From Treponemataceae bacterium (GTDB lineage: Bacteria > Spirochaetota > Spirochaetia > Treponematales > Rectinemataceae), in NCBI GenBank assembly GCA_963677895.2, contig CAXXGJ010000025.1, forward strand, positions 1 to 64,000: a stretch of 64,000 nt of DNA, written 5' to 3'. The position numbers were made by a program, and so were the translations under genes. The notes below the pieces were generated by a model that saw only the letters and a program-made list of their open reading frames with translations, was not told the DNA's origin and did not search any database. Positions 41,259 to 51,519 of the stretch are shown here, in pieces. The first letter of the stretch is position 1. The number at the start of each line of letters is the position of its first letter.

Positions 41259-42494
41259 CTATCCGAGGAAGAGAGGCGTGAGATGGCGTTCGAAGAGGTT
41301 GGTGGTCACATTGCGGCTGATGTGCGATTTATGGGTTTCCAAGGCCTTCAGATACTCATCTCCCATTTCGGCCGCGACCTTGAAGCCGACATGGATGAGC
41401 TGCCTGAAATCGCGGTTGTAGCGGGGATTTTTCCTGTCGTGCCTCAGCGCGGAAACGTAAGCGGCGGAATCCCAGTTGTACACTTCGGCGGGCGAAGGCA
41501 GCCTGGATTTGGAGATGTCGATGACGGTGGCGTAGGGTTTGGACAGTTCCTCGAAGCGGCCATATGCCTGGTCGTAGATCTTCTTGGCGAGCTCGAGCCC
41601 GCTGCCGCCGGCCTCGGCCAGGCCGATCACTTCCTCGAGCCATGTGGTGCCGGCGGTCTTCAGGTGGAGGCCGCAGCCGAGCCGTTTGATGATCTTCCCG
41701 ATTCCGGGATAGAGGCTGAATTTGTCGCTTCCGGTATGGATGGAGAGCTTAAGGCTGGCGGGGAGGGAGAAAGCGCCGATCGCCCACATGGCGACCTTGG
41801 CGTCTTCCTCGAACTCCTTGAGGAAAGCCGCGGGGTCGCCGACATAGTCGACGCCCTTGTTGAATCGCCCCGAGAACTTGGGGGCTATGGTCTGGACAGG
41901 GATGCCGACTTCGGCGAGTCCGGCGAGGATGACGATCATCTCGGCCGGGGATTGGGGTTCGTCCGTCTCGTCCATGGAGACTTCTATATGGAAATTGCCG
42001 TCGGGCTTGCATTCCAGGATTTTCGCGTAGACCTTGGCCGCTTCATCGATGGCATAGAGATATTTTCGGGCGCTCTTTTCCATGATCTCCGCCGTGACAG
42101 CTACCGGCGCGCTTTTGTCGCCGACGAGGCTCTTGTGGCCGGCGAGGAAGGTCTGGATGCGCTCAGCGGAAGCGGGTTTGCCGATGAAATCGGCGACGTC
42201 GATGGTGAAGAAATCGCAGTAGGCCATGAACTTGTCGACATTCTGCAGGCCGATGTGGTCCGCGTCTACGCAGTACGAACCTGTGAATCCGGTGGCTTTG
42301 ATAGCCGCGTCGGCGGCGGCGCGCTGGTCTTTGGGTTCGGTGCCGATTATCACGTGCTCGCGGTTGCTCTTGTTCCAGACTATGGAGGCGTTCACCCCTT
42401 TCTCGGCCAGAAACTGGAACGCGCGAATCTGCGCCTCGCCCTGTCTGCCGAATCTATCGCCCGTCCCTACCGAATATTTGCTCAATACTTTCAT
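41259..42494 (-). CDS. uxaE: Tagaturonate/fructuronate epimerase
   Basis: G.GDR, DADH, EVSMDET, IAPKF.G.F.KGVDY, KLSIHTGSDKFSLY and HLKTAGT.WLE motifs; hexuronate context. Confidence 0.9.
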   Translation of the reverse strand: MKVLSKYSVGTGDRFGRQGEAQIRAFQFLAEKGVNASIVWNKSNREHVIIGTEPKDQRAAADAAIKATGFTGSYCVDADHIGLQNVDKFMAYCDFFTIDVADFIGKPASAERIQTFLAGHKSLVGDKSAPVAVTAEIMEKSARKYLYAIDEAAKVYAKILECKPDGNFHIEVSMDETDEPQSPAEMIVILAGLAEVGIPVQTIAPKFSGRFNKGVDYVGDPAAFLKEFEEDAKVAMWAIGAFSLPASLKLSIHTGSDKFSLYPGIGKIIKRLGCGLHLKTAGTTWLEEVIGLAEAGGSGLELAKKIYDQAYGRFEELSKPYATVIDISKSRLPSPAEVYNWDSAAYVSALRHDRKNPRYNRDFRQLIHVGFKVAAEMGDEYLKALETHKSHISRNVTTNLFERHLTPLFLG

Positions 42495-42520
42495 AAAATT
42501 TAGCTCCTTTCGATCTATCT

Positions 42521-42603
42521 GCTATACCCCGGAAGCCGTTTCTGGTCAAGGTGGAACCGAAACCGGGACCAATCTTGAATCCGCGCCGCCTCCTTGTTAC
42601 ACT
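42521..42603. promoter_or_regulatory. Divergent promoters for uxaE (-) and the LarA-family gene (+)
   Basis: Minus: TTGACC (42549-44)-17-TATAGC (42526-21). Plus: TTGAAT (42575-80)-17-TACACT (42598-603) with extended TG. Confidence 0.6.
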
Positions 42604-42647
42604 TCAATATATATGATGAATGGACGCAGCGGCGTCGAGGAGCAGCC

Positions 42648-43928
42648 ATGATGTATGTAACCCGGGGCTCGGCCCAGGAAGAAATAACGCCGACAATTCT
42701 CGCGGAACTGGTCAAGCGCGCGATCGAGGGAATCCGGGGGGCGAAGCGCGTCGTGGCCCTTCCACCGGACATCACGCGTTTCCATTCACAGGCCGGCGCG
42801 ATCACCGACCTGCTCTACGAGAATCTGGGATCGAGACTCTCGGCCGTCCTTCCCGCCCTGGGAACGCACGCGCCCATGACGTCGGCCGAAATCGCCGCCA
42901 TGTATCCGCGGACGCCAGCCCATCTTTTCCGTATCCACGATTGGCGAAAGGATCCGGTCGAACTCGATCGCATCCCGGCGAGTTTCGTGCGGGAAGTCGG
43001 TGAGGGTGTCGTGGATTACGACTATCCCGTCCAGGCCAACAAGTCGCTCGTCGACGGAAGCTTCGACGCCATCGTATCGATCGGCCAGGTCGTACCCCAC
43101 GAGGTTGTGGGCATGGCCAACCATGCCAAGAATATTTTCGTGGGAACCGGCGGCAAGGAAGCCATAGACAAGAGTCACTTCCTGGGCGCCTCCTACGGCA
43201 TGGAGCGGATGATGGGCCGGACCGATACGCCGGTGCGCCGCGTTTTCAACAAGGCGCTCGAACTCGCGAGCGGAAAACTGGCGCCCGTACTCTGGATCCT
43301 CACGGTCATGGGCAGGAACGATGAGGGCAGGCTCGTCATGAAGGGCTTTTTCGCCGGCGACGACCTGGAATGTTTCGAGAAGGCCGCCGCCATCGCCCGG
43401 GACGTGAACATCGATCTTCTGGACGAAAGCATCGACAAGGCGGTCGTCTGGCTCGACCCTTCCGAATTCCGCAGTACCTGGCTCGGCAACAAGGCTGTCT
43501 ACAGGACGCGCATGGCCATGGCCAACAAGGGCGAACTCATCATCATGGCGCCCGGCCTCGCCCACTTCGGCGAAGACTCGGGTATCGACGCCCTGATAAG
43601 GAAATACGGCTATCGCTCCTCCCCCGAAGTTCGCGAATTCGTCCGCCGGAACGAGGATCTCGCCTCGAGCCTGTCGGCCGCGGCCCATCTCATCCACGGA
43701 TCAAGCGAGGGTCGTTTCAGGATTACTTACGCGCCGGGGCCGGGAATCTCCAGGGCCGAAATCGAGAGCGTGGGATATGGCTACGCTTCGCTGACCGAGA
43801 TGCAGGCGAAATACGACGTGAAGAAAATGTCCCTCGGCTGGAATGAACTTCCTGGGGGAGAACGGGTATTCTTCGTGCCCAATCCGGCTTTAGGTCTCTG
43901 GTCGACGAAGGCTCGTTTCGGGGTATGA
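42648..43928 (+). CDS. LarA-superfamily nickel-pincer-dependent hydroxy-acid epimerase (probable mannonate/gluconate 2-epimerase)
   Basis: PDITR, ALGTH, VVPHEVVGMANHAK...DKSH and WLGNKA motifs; SD GAGGAG; divergent from uxaE. Confidence 0.82.
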   Translation: MMYVTRGSAQEEITPTILAELVKRAIEGIRGAKRVVALPPDITRFHSQAGAITDLLYENLGSRLSAVLPALGTHAPMTSAEIAAMYPRTPAHLFRIHDWRKDPVELDRIPASFVREVGEGVVDYDYPVQANKSLVDGSFDAIVSIGQVVPHEVVGMANHAKNIFVGTGGKEAIDKSHFLGASYGMERMMGRTDTPVRRVFNKALELASGKLAPVLWILTVMGRNDEGRLVMKGFFAGDDLECFEKAAAIARDVNIDLLDESIDKAVVWLDPSEFRSTWLGNKAVYRTRMAMANKGELIIMAPGLAHFGEDSGIDALIRKYGYRSSPEVREFVRRNEDLASSLSAAAHLIHGSSEGRFRITYAPGPGISRAEIESVGYGYASLTEMQAKYDVKKMSLGWNELPGGERVFFVPNPALGLWSTKARFGV

Positions 43929-43932
43929 ACGC

Positions 43933-43996
43933 GAAGGGGGCGGAGGGCCCCCTTCAGCGCATCGCCCTTTCAGCGCATCGCTCTTTCAGCGCATCA
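43933..43996. repeat. Hairpin followed by a 16-bp tandem repeat (about 2.75 copies) over the kinase stop codon
   Basis: gaagggggc-ggagg-gcccccttc; then ttcagcgcatcgccct ttcagcgcatcgctct ttcagcgcatca (43953-43996). Confidence 0.85.
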
Positions 43997-45389
43997 CGAA
44001 AAGGGCTTCCGTGCCCGCCTTTCCATCTCTTCGCTTTCCTATCGTCACTTTCCAGCCGTGAAGGTCAGCCGCCGCCTTGACGATGGTAAGCCCAAAGCCG
44101 TGGCCGCCGCCCGATCGGGAGGGTGAGCCCCGGTAGAAGGCGTCGAACACGTAGGGCGCGTCTTCCTCGGCCAATCCGGTTCCGTCGTCGGCCACGGAAA
44201 AGGCGAACTTCCCTTCGTATTGAATGAGCTTGAAGCTGATTTCGCCCTCGTCCTGCGAATATTTGAATGCGTTGGTCACGAGATTTTCCATCGCCCGCTC
44301 GATTAGAAGCCTGTTCATCGTGATAGACGGAATGGCGAAGTTGGGTTCGGGTGAGGCTTCTTCGCCGAATCCCCAGGTCAGGTTTCTCTTCAGGAGACGG
44401 GCGTCGCTCGCGAAGCGAAACCCCAAGGTCCGAAGCAGTTCCCCGAGGTTCACCTCTTCTACGGAAATGCTGCCTTCCCCGCCGATTTTCAGGAAATCGA
44501 TGATCTCGCCCGTCAGGTCTTCCAGCTGTTTCGCCTTGTTCTGAATGATCTGCAGGTATTTTCTCTGGGTTTCCTTGTCGGAGGCCACATTGTCGGCAAG
44601 GGCGTCGGCGTAGCCCTGGATGAGGGCGATGGGCGTCTTCAGGTCATGGCTTACGCCCATCAGCATCTTGGATCTGCGTACCAGCATATCCTTGAGATTG
44701 AGGCGCATGAGGTTGATCGACTTGGCGAGGAGGAGGATTTCGTGATTGCCCGATCCGGCCACCTCGTGATCGAGGTCGCCTGTGGCCACGATGGCCGTAT
44801 CCTCTTCGAGGGTCTTTATGGCGCGGCTTATCGAGCGGAGGATGGCGAGCGAGATGACTCCCGAGACGATGAAGAGTATGAGCGCGAAACTGCTTATGAA
44901 AAGGACAGTGCGGTTGCGCAGGTCCTGTTTGGTCCAGAAAGGCTGGATATCGTAGAGGATGAAGGGGCTGTCATCGCTCTTCGGATCGATAGGATTGAGC
45001 CTGAATTCGGGTTTCGGTCCCCCGCCGCGGCTGTCGGGCGAGGGGCCAGCGGTATCCGAACTTGCGCGACGGGGGGGCACCAGGTCGGTGAGTCTGATCG
45101 AACTCCCCTGCGCGATATGCGAGAAGGTGGAAAGGATGACCTCGCCGTCGGCCGTCAAGAGCGCCACTTCCCGAAGCGGCATGCCGGCTTTCTCGGCTTC
45201 CTCGTTCATCGTCTCGACCGTCAGCGTCTCGCCCGCGTGCCATCGCGCGGACAGCGCTTCGATAAACACCTTGGAAGGGATCCTCGGATCCTTGGGCGCC
45301 TGCTGAAAACCGAAGAAGACTATGGAGAATATGACGGGAAGCAGCGTCACCGCCGCCGTGAGGACGGCAAACTGGGTTTTCAGCCTCAC
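43986..45389 (-). CDS. HAMP-domain sensor histidine kinase (HisKA)
   Basis: Two TMs, VSHDLKTP, ENLVTNAFKYS, DDGTG, FYRG, GHGFGL. Confidence 0.93.
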   Translation of the reverse strand: MRLKTQFAVLTAAVTLLPVIFSIVFFGFQQAPKDPRIPSKVFIEALSARWHAGETLTVETMNEEAEKAGMPLREVALLTADGEVILSTFSHIAQGSSIRLTDLVPPRRASSDTAGPSPDSRGGGPKPEFRLNPIDPKSDDSPFILYDIQPFWTKQDLRNRTVLFISSFALILFIVSGVISLAILRSISRAIKTLEEDTAIVATGDLDHEVAGSGNHEILLLAKSINLMRLNLKDMLVRRSKMLMGVSHDLKTPIALIQGYADALADNVASDKETQRKYLQIIQNKAKQLEDLTGEIIDFLKIGGEGSISVEEVNLGELLRTLGFRFASDARLLKRNLTWGFGEEASPEPNFAIPSITMNRLLIERAMENLVTNAFKYSQDEGEISFKLIQYEGKFAFSVADDGTGLAEEDAPYVFDAFYRGSPSRSGGGHGFGLTIVKAAADLHGWKVTIGKRRDGKAGTEALFVMR

Positions 45390-45398
45390 TTCATCCTC

Positions 45399-46100
45399 CT
45401 ATGCGATCGTTTCCGGATTGAATCGGTAGCCGAGCCCGTATTGTGTCTGGATGTACCGCGGGGCCGACGGATCATCTTCAATCTTGCGCCTCAATCTCTG
45501 GATATAGACCCCCACGGCGCTGACGTCGCCGAAATTCTGTCCCCATACCTTATCGTAGAGTTCCTCGGGCGTGAAGGACTTGCCCTTGGCCTCGATGAGG
45601 GTCTGGAGGATGCCGAACTCCCTCGGGGACAGGCTGATGGGCAGGCCTGCCTTCGTCAGGAAAAGCGCTTCCGAATCCAGCTCGAAGGGGCCGAAACGCC
45701 AGACCGATCCTTCCTTGCCCAAAGCGGGGACTTGGGATCTTCTGATATAGGCGCGCACGCGGGCCGCAAGGACGCGCGGAGGGCAGGGCTTCGTGACGAA
45801 ATCGTCGGCCCCGACCCCCAGTCCATGAATAACGTCCTCCTCGGCTTCCCTCGCCGTCAGGATCATGACGGGAATCATGGTGGTCTTCCTCAGTCTTTCG
45901 AGAAACTCAAAGCCGTCCATGCCCGGAAGATTGATGTCCAGGATGATGAGATTCCATTCGTTTTCCTTAGCCAAGGCCAGGGGGAGCCCCGCCTCCGCGT
46001 CGGGCGCTATCTTGCATTCGAAGCCTTCCCTGTTCAGGTAGAGCATGTAGAGTTCGGCCAGCTCCTTTGTGTCTTCGATGATCAGGATTTTTCCTCTCAT
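45399..46100 (-). CDS. OmpR/PhoB family response regulator
   Basis: LDINLPGMDG, GADDFVTKP, VYIQRLRRKIE, GLGYRF. Confidence 0.95.
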   Translation of the reverse strand: MRGKILIIEDTKELAELYMLYLNREGFECKIAPDAEAGLPLALAKENEWNLIILDINLPGMDGFEFLERLRKTTMIPVMILTAREAEEDVIHGLGVGADDFVTKPCPPRVLAARVRAYIRRSQVPALGKEGSVWRFGPFELDSEALFLTKAGLPISLSPREFGILQTLIEAKGKSFTPEELYDKVWGQNFGDVSAVGVYIQRLRRKIEDDPSAPRYIQTQYGLGYRFNPETIA

Positions 46101-46109
46101 GCCTTCACC

Positions 46110-47786
46110 TCATCGCCGTTCGAAATCGAGAACTGTCCAGTACAGGCTTATGTCGGCCCCGACTCTGTCCAGGGCGAATCCCTCATCGAATTTCAGGGGG
46201 GCGCCGACGACCAGCTTGACCTGGTTGAAAATATTCACCGACAGGACCGGCTTGATGATGTTACCCCTCGGGGCATATTCGGAGCCCGCGGCCCCGAAGG
46301 AGGATACGGCGGTGAGGTCCATGTTGAAGCGGGATCCGCCCGAACCGAGGGTCAGTCCGAGGGAGGGCCCTATCCTCGTGGAATTGTCCGAGAAGTTATG
46401 GAGGGCATAGGCGCTGAAAGAAGTGTTCACGAGATCCTTTCCCCTGCCCTTCCTGAAGCCGAGGCCAATACTGCCTGCCAGATAGAACCGGCCGTTGCCT
46501 GTCGCCGAGATGTCGGCGGAGCTGTATCCATCGACCGCCTTTATGGCGTTTTTAGCCGCCGCTATCGCGAGGATGGACGAGTCCGCGTAGCCCGCGCCGT
46601 TATAGTAGCCCTGTACGTGTAGGTTCAGCACGAAGCCGTCGGAAGTGAATTTGGAATACTTGAGGCCGAGGGTCGACTGGAAGATGGGCCTGTTCTCTAT
46701 GGTGTAGGCGCGGTAACCTCCCGCTCCGTCGGACTCGGCGTAGATGCGGTCGGAGCCCCAGGCGATGATGTTTTCGCCATAGACATCGATGCCGGCAAGC
46801 GCTCCGGTGAAGAGAAACATGGCTCGGGGCTTGGCCGCCATGTCGCCCCGGTAAAATCCCGCCAAGGTAAGCTCGAAACCGCCCACGACGAAGTCGGTGC
46901 GCTGGGCGACGGAGAATTGCCCCAGCTCGTCGATCTCCGTGGGCGGGACGACATAGAGCGTCGCATGGTTTAGGCCGAAGGGCATGTCGGCCTTGAAGGC
47001 GAAGGGGCCTTCGCGCTCGGCGCGGGGGTTGTCGGGATCTATGGCGGAGAGGCTGAGGACGTCGGAAGGTTTATACCAGTTGCCCACGCCCCAACGTACC
47101 CGCTGCTTGCCCATCCTGAAGAAGAGCGCCCTATCGATCGCGGCGTCGACGAAGAGTTCGTCGAGGGCGAACCCCTCATCCGCGACGGTGAGGCTCGTCG
47201 CGCTCTGGGTCAGGTTGTAATCGTAGGAAACGGCGCCGTAGAGTCTGAAGAATTCGGAAGCCCTGAGGTCGGCATAAGCGCTGGCCTCGAGATCCTCGAC
47301 GCCCGAGGGGAGAAAGGTTCCCGAGAGCTCGACATTGTAGACATATTCCTTGGAAGGAAGGAAGGTGAAGGCTATCGAGTCGAGGCTGACGCCCCCGAAA
47401 AGGCTTTGGCTGTCGGTGCTCTTCGCTCCGTAAGGAACGAAGGAACTCTGGAGCCCTGCCGCCGCCTCGCCTTCGAGGAGAAATACGGGGTAGGTCTTTA
47501 TGTCGTCGACGAGTTCCACGATGCTTGAGGCCGCGACATCGGTGTCGATCACCTTGATGATGTCCGACTCGCCTCCGAAGAGGGCGCTCTCGTCGAGGGG
47601 CTTCGCGGTGTCGGTTATGTCCTGGCCCAGGGCCGCGCTGGACGTGGATCCGGCGCTGCCGGAAGTCTGGCCCCCCGCCTGGCCGAAAACTCGCCCTGAG
47701 GCGGGGCCGGCGCCCAGAACGAGAGCGAGAAGAGCGAGGAAGGCGGCGGTCTGGCGCCGTCCGGCGCGCGAAATGTCATGGTTCAC
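46110..47786 (-). CDS. Hypothetical secreted protein, probable outer-membrane beta-barrel
   Basis: Signal peptide; aromatic/Gly-rich alternating strands; LDELFVD...FRMGKQRVRWGVGNWYKPSD motif shared with 513..1802. Confidence 0.65.
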   Translation of the reverse strand: MNHDISRAGRRQTAAFLALLALVLGAGPASGRVFGQAGGQTSGSAGSTSSAALGQDITDTAKPLDESALFGGESDIIKVIDTDVAASSIVELVDDIKTYPVFLLEGEAAAGLQSSFVPYGAKSTDSQSLFGGVSLDSIAFTFLPSKEYVYNVELSGTFLPSGVEDLEASAYADLRASEFFRLYGAVSYDYNLTQSATSLTVADEGFALDELFVDAAIDRALFFRMGKQRVRWGVGNWYKPSDVLSLSAIDPDNPRAEREGPFAFKADMPFGLNHATLYVVPPTEIDELGQFSVAQRTDFVVGGFELTLAGFYRGDMAAKPRAMFLFTGALAGIDVYGENIIAWGSDRIYAESDGAGGYRAYTIENRPIFQSTLGLKYSKFTSDGFVLNLHVQGYYNGAGYADSSILAIAAAKNAIKAVDGYSSADISATGNGRFYLAGSIGLGFRKGRGKDLVNTSFSAYALHNFSDNSTRIGPSLGLTLGSGGSRFNMDLTAVSSFGAAGSEYAPRGNIIKPVLSVNIFNQVKLVVGAPLKFDEGFALDRVGADISLYWTVLDFERR

Positions 47787-47795
47787 GGTCGCCTC

Positions 47796-48665
47796 CTACT
47801 GGCTTACGCGTTCGAGATAATTCTTCGTGAAGACATCGTTGGGCACTGGCTTGGTCGATATGTTGGTGTAGGTCGTCTGCGTCCTCTTTTCGGGGATGAG
47901 GCCGTCCTGGAAGGTTTGGACGGTGGGCACGAGGGATTTCCCGATCTGCGCGTAACTCGTGTAATAGGAGGTGCGCAGCAGAACCTTGGAGAGGCTGTAT
48001 TCCTCCACCTTGAGGACGATCGAGCGCTCCTTTTCGATGTACATCGTGATATAGGGGAAGGGAACCTCATCGTTGTTCGCCTTCAGTTCGCCGATCCACA
48101 CGTCGTACTTGCCCAGCTTTCCCGCCTCGAGCTTGACCACATCGTAGTCCATGGCCCGCTGGAAGCGCCTGAAGTCCGAGTTGCGCGTCGTGGTGTTCTC
48201 GTACTGCTCCTTGAGGGTCGTATGGTTGAACTTGCGCGAACTGGGGTCGTAGCGCCACATGTTCGAGTCGACACGGAGCATGCCCTGGCCTTTCCGCGAC
48301 TCGGGCTCGAGGGTGATCATCAAAAAGGCGTCATCCTTGTCGCGGCGATAGATGATTTCCTTGCGTGTCTGAGTGCCCTTTTCGGGGCTCACCGACACCA
48401 TGGTGATCGTCGCCGTCATATCGCTGTCGTAGAAGCTCGAGCGGATGTCGGTGGCGCGCACGAGCATGAGGAAATCCTTGCCCGACCAGTCTTTGGGATC
48501 CTTCGACGTCGGAAGCTTGTAGTCATCGAGTCCCGGCAGGCCCGGCCCCATCATCATGCCGCCCCCGGGAGGGGGGCCGCCCTGCGCTTCCGCTCCCGAG
48601 AGGGCGAGGCCGACGAGAAGGGCGAGGCCGACGAGGCTCGCGAGACTTTTAGTCCTTAGTTTCAT
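47796..48665 (-). CDS. Outer membrane lipoprotein-sorting protein (LolA-like fold)
   Basis: Signal peptide; PESRKGQGMLRVDSNMWRYDP, NSDF, EYSLSKVLLRT and NISTKPVPNDVFTKNYLE. Confidence 0.8.
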   Translation of the reverse strand: MKLRTKSLASLVGLALLVGLALSGAEAQGGPPPGGGMMMGPGLPGLDDYKLPTSKDPKDWSGKDFLMLVRATDIRSSFYDSDMTATITMVSVSPEKGTQTRKEIIYRRDKDDAFLMITLEPESRKGQGMLRVDSNMWRYDPSSRKFNHTTLKEQYENTTTRNSDFRRFQRAMDYDVVKLEAGKLGKYDVWIGELKANNDEVPFPYITMYIEKERSIVLKVEEYSLSKVLLRTSYYTSYAQIGKSLVPTVQTFQDGLIPEKRTQTTYTNISTKPVPNDVFTKNYLERVSQ

Positions 48666-48675
48666 CCTGTACTCC

Positions 48676-49956
48676 TTACGCGGTAACGCGCAACGCTTCT
48701 ATTGGCAGAAGCTTCGAGGCCCTCAGGGCGGGGCCGGACACGGCTATGGCGCTCGCCGCCATCACGCAGAGGCTGACAAAGGCGAGCGACAGGATATCGG
48801 GAGAGAAGAGGAGCCTCCCCCGCGAGAGGGCGGATCCGAGGCTTCCCGCCGGATCAAAAGGAATGAGGTGGGCGAGGAGGCCCAGGGGCATGGAGGCGAG
48901 CACCCCGGCGAGACTCCCCGCCATGGCTATGAGGAGGGCTTCATAGATGAAGATCCGGAAGACGTCCTTTCTCCTGAATCCGATGCAGCGCAGCATGCCG
49001 ATTTCCTTGGTGCGCTCCATGAGGACCATGCGGTAGGTATTCGTGATGCCCGCCATGACGAGGACGAGCATTATGGCGAAGATGGTGGCGCCTATCCACC
49101 GGACCGATCCGAGGACGGCCCCCATCTGGCCAGAGAGTTCGGTCACCGTCGCCATCCTGTAGAAAACCTCGCCCGGCCGCGCGCCCGTACCGGCCGGCGA
49201 AGAGGATTGAGCCGTCCTGAAGGCGTAGCCTTCGGCGCCGAGCCTCTCGACGAGTCTCTTCCCGGCGGCGTCAGCCGCCGCCGCGTCGGGCAGAAAGACG
49301 GCGAGGGACTGGTATTGGCCTTCCTTCAGGTTGAGGTCGGCAAGGAGGTTCGCCAGGGGAACGAAGACGGTAGTCATGCCGCCGGCTGCCGCGTCGTCGT
49401 ATACCGCCGCGAGATTGTACTCTGTGACGTTCTGCTGTCCCGACACCGTCGAAAGGCGCACGAGCACGGAATCGCCCAGGCCGAGGCCGAAGCGCCTGGC
49501 CGAGGAGGCTCCCATCACGATGGCCCGGTCGGCCTTGGCCGAAGCCCAGTCGCCCAGGTTGAGGACGAGGCTTCCCGAAAAGAGCCGATCGCCCTTCCAG
49601 TCCACGCCCCTGACCTTCAGCTGCTGTTCCCTCGAGCCGAAAACGACCGTGGCCTGAGCCTGAGCCGTGGGCGACACGCTGAGCGCCTCGGGGAGGATTT
49701 CCTTCGTCTTCGCCGCAAGCTCCGGGTCCTCGATCCTGTTCAGGGACCTGCCCGATTCGCTGGTCCCGAATCCGTTGATGAGGATATGGCCGGCCGAGAA
49801 GAGGGTCACGTTCGCCTGAACCGCCTTTTCCATGCCGGCGGTGAGCCCCGTGGAGAGGCATATGACGATGACGCCGAAGGCTATCGCGCCGCCGAGGAGG
49901 GCTGATCTGCGCGGCTGCCTGAGCGTGTTTCTCAATGCCATCGTGGAACGGATCAT
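48676..49956 (-). CDS. ABC transporter permease, FtsX/LolE/MacB type
   Basis: ALRN..RQPRRS, TM1, large periplasmic domain, ERTKEIGMLRCIG, P.EAL at the C-terminus; ATG 49956 after AAGGAG. Confidence 0.9.
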   Translation of the reverse strand: MIRSTMALRNTLRQPRRSALLGGAIAFGVIVICLSTGLTAGMEKAVQANVTLFSAGHILINGFGTSESGRSLNRIEDPELAAKTKEILPEALSVSPTAQAQATVVFGSREQQLKVRGVDWKGDRLFSGSLVLNLGDWASAKADRAIVMGASSARRFGLGLGDSVLVRLSTVSGQQNVTEYNLAAVYDDAAAGGMTTVFVPLANLLADLNLKEGQYQSLAVFLPDAAAADAAGKRLVERLGAEGYAFRTAQSSSPAGTGARPGEVFYRMATVTELSGQMGAVLGSVRWIGATIFAIMLVLVMAGITNTYRMVLMERTKEIGMLRCIGFRRKDVFRIFIYEALLIAMAGSLAGVLASMPLGLLAHLIPFDPAGSLGSALSRGRLLFSPDILSLAFVSLCVMAASAIAVSGPALRASKLLPIEALRVTA

Positions 49957-49967
49957 CGCGGTCTCCT

Positions 49968-51519
49968 TCACTCGCCCTGCATGGCGACGACGGGCCGTAT
50001 CCGCAGCGCTATGGCGATGGGGTACAGCGATGAGAGGATGCTCATGCCGAATATCCACAGGAAGGCCCGCAGGGCGGCTCCCGCGGAAATGGAGGGCACC
50101 AGTTTTTTCCCCGCGAATATGGCCTCGAAGAAGAGGTTGGGCGCCTCGATGCCCGACCGACGCAAGACCATCAGCGCGAGGTAGCCGAGGAAGACCCCGG
50201 CGAGGCCGGCGATGATCGCTAGAAAACTGGTCTCGAGGAGAATCATCCTGCGGATGAAGCGTTTTTTCGCGCCCAGGGCGCGCAGAGTGCCTATTTCGGG
50301 CACCCGTTCGCTTATCGATACGACGAGGACGTTCATCGTGATCATGATGACGATGACGGCCACGATGGAGACCATGAGATCGAAGACGAGGCGGATGGTC
50401 ACCGCCGTTCTCGCCACCGCGCCCGCCCCGGCTACCCAATCCTGGACATGGACGCTCTGGTCCAGCCCCGCGGCGAAGGTCTTGAGCCCGTCCATGAAAC
50501 GCGCGGCGTTCACGCCTGAGCCAAGCCTTATGAGGATGAACTGCCATGCGGGCTCGGGGGGCGCGGACAGCGCGGCCACTCCGGACGCGGCGGCAGCGTC
50601 TTCAGCTACGACGTCTTCAACCGCGGCGTTTTTCGCCGCGACGTCTTTAGCCGCGACGGCGCTCAGGAAGGGATCGACGAAGCCGCCGCCCTCCGAGACG
50701 ATGCCCTCTTTCTCGGGATCGGCGATGACATCGGCCCCTGCTTCGTCGCCGAAAAGCGCCTCGGGGTCGAAGGCTTCGACGAATTCAGCCTGCTTCTCGC
50801 TGAGGACGATCTGGCCGTCGCGCAGGCTCGCGAAGCCCAGAAGGTCGCGCATCGTGTCGGCGTCGACGAGGGATATCTTCGCCAGTTCCTGGCTGCTCTG
50901 GTTAAACCTCACGACGCCAGCGACTTCCACTTCCCGGATGACGGTGCCGGCGGTGTCGCCCAAGGCGCTCAGGACGATCTTTTCGCCAGCTCCGATCTTT
51001 TTGCCCGCCGCCCTCGAGAGCATCTGGGCTGACATTTCGGATATGATGATCCAAGCTTGACCCCCGCCCGACGGCCATTGGCCTTCCACGAGGCTGATGT
51101 TGCCCGAAAAGAAATTCCTGTAATCGGCGATGTCAACGCCGAAGGCCGAGCCTTGACCGATAACCTGTTCGCCCAAGCCCATGGCCACCTGTCCGCTCAG
51201 CATGGGAAGCGTCGCCGCGACATTCCTGTCGGCGGACAATCGTTTCTGAGTAGCTCGAAAAGGCCGCGATATGAGGGATGACTTCCTCCCCGCCTGCCGT
51301 TTCGCCGAAAATCGTCGTCGGGAAGCTCGTGGGCCCCGTCACCATGACGTCGCCCGTATAGCCCTCCACGAACATCTTTTTCAAGCCGCCGATAGCCGTA
51401 TCGATGAGGGAATTCCCGACGAAGAGCACGGCTATCCCGAGGCACATGATCGTGCCCAGGAGGATGCTCTTCGCCTTGTGCAGGAAAAGATTGCCGTAGG
51501 CCATTCGAAACAGGATCAT
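49968..51519 (-). CDS. ABC transporter permease, FtsX/LolE/MacB type; one +1 frameshift near 51244
   Basis: N-terminal part in 51133..51519 and the rest in 49968..51239. Deleting one A of a GAAA run joins SYSE-RLSADRNV. ERVPEIGTLRALG and PVVAM motifs. Confidence 0.85.

Noticed and set aside
42648..43928. True lactate racemase
   Set aside because: No larR/B/C/D/E context, and it shares a divergent promoter region with uxaE. A sugar-acid epimerase fits better.
51133..51519. Separate small membrane protein upstream of the permease
   Set aside because: It is the N-terminus of the 49968 permease, split by one extra base near 51244.
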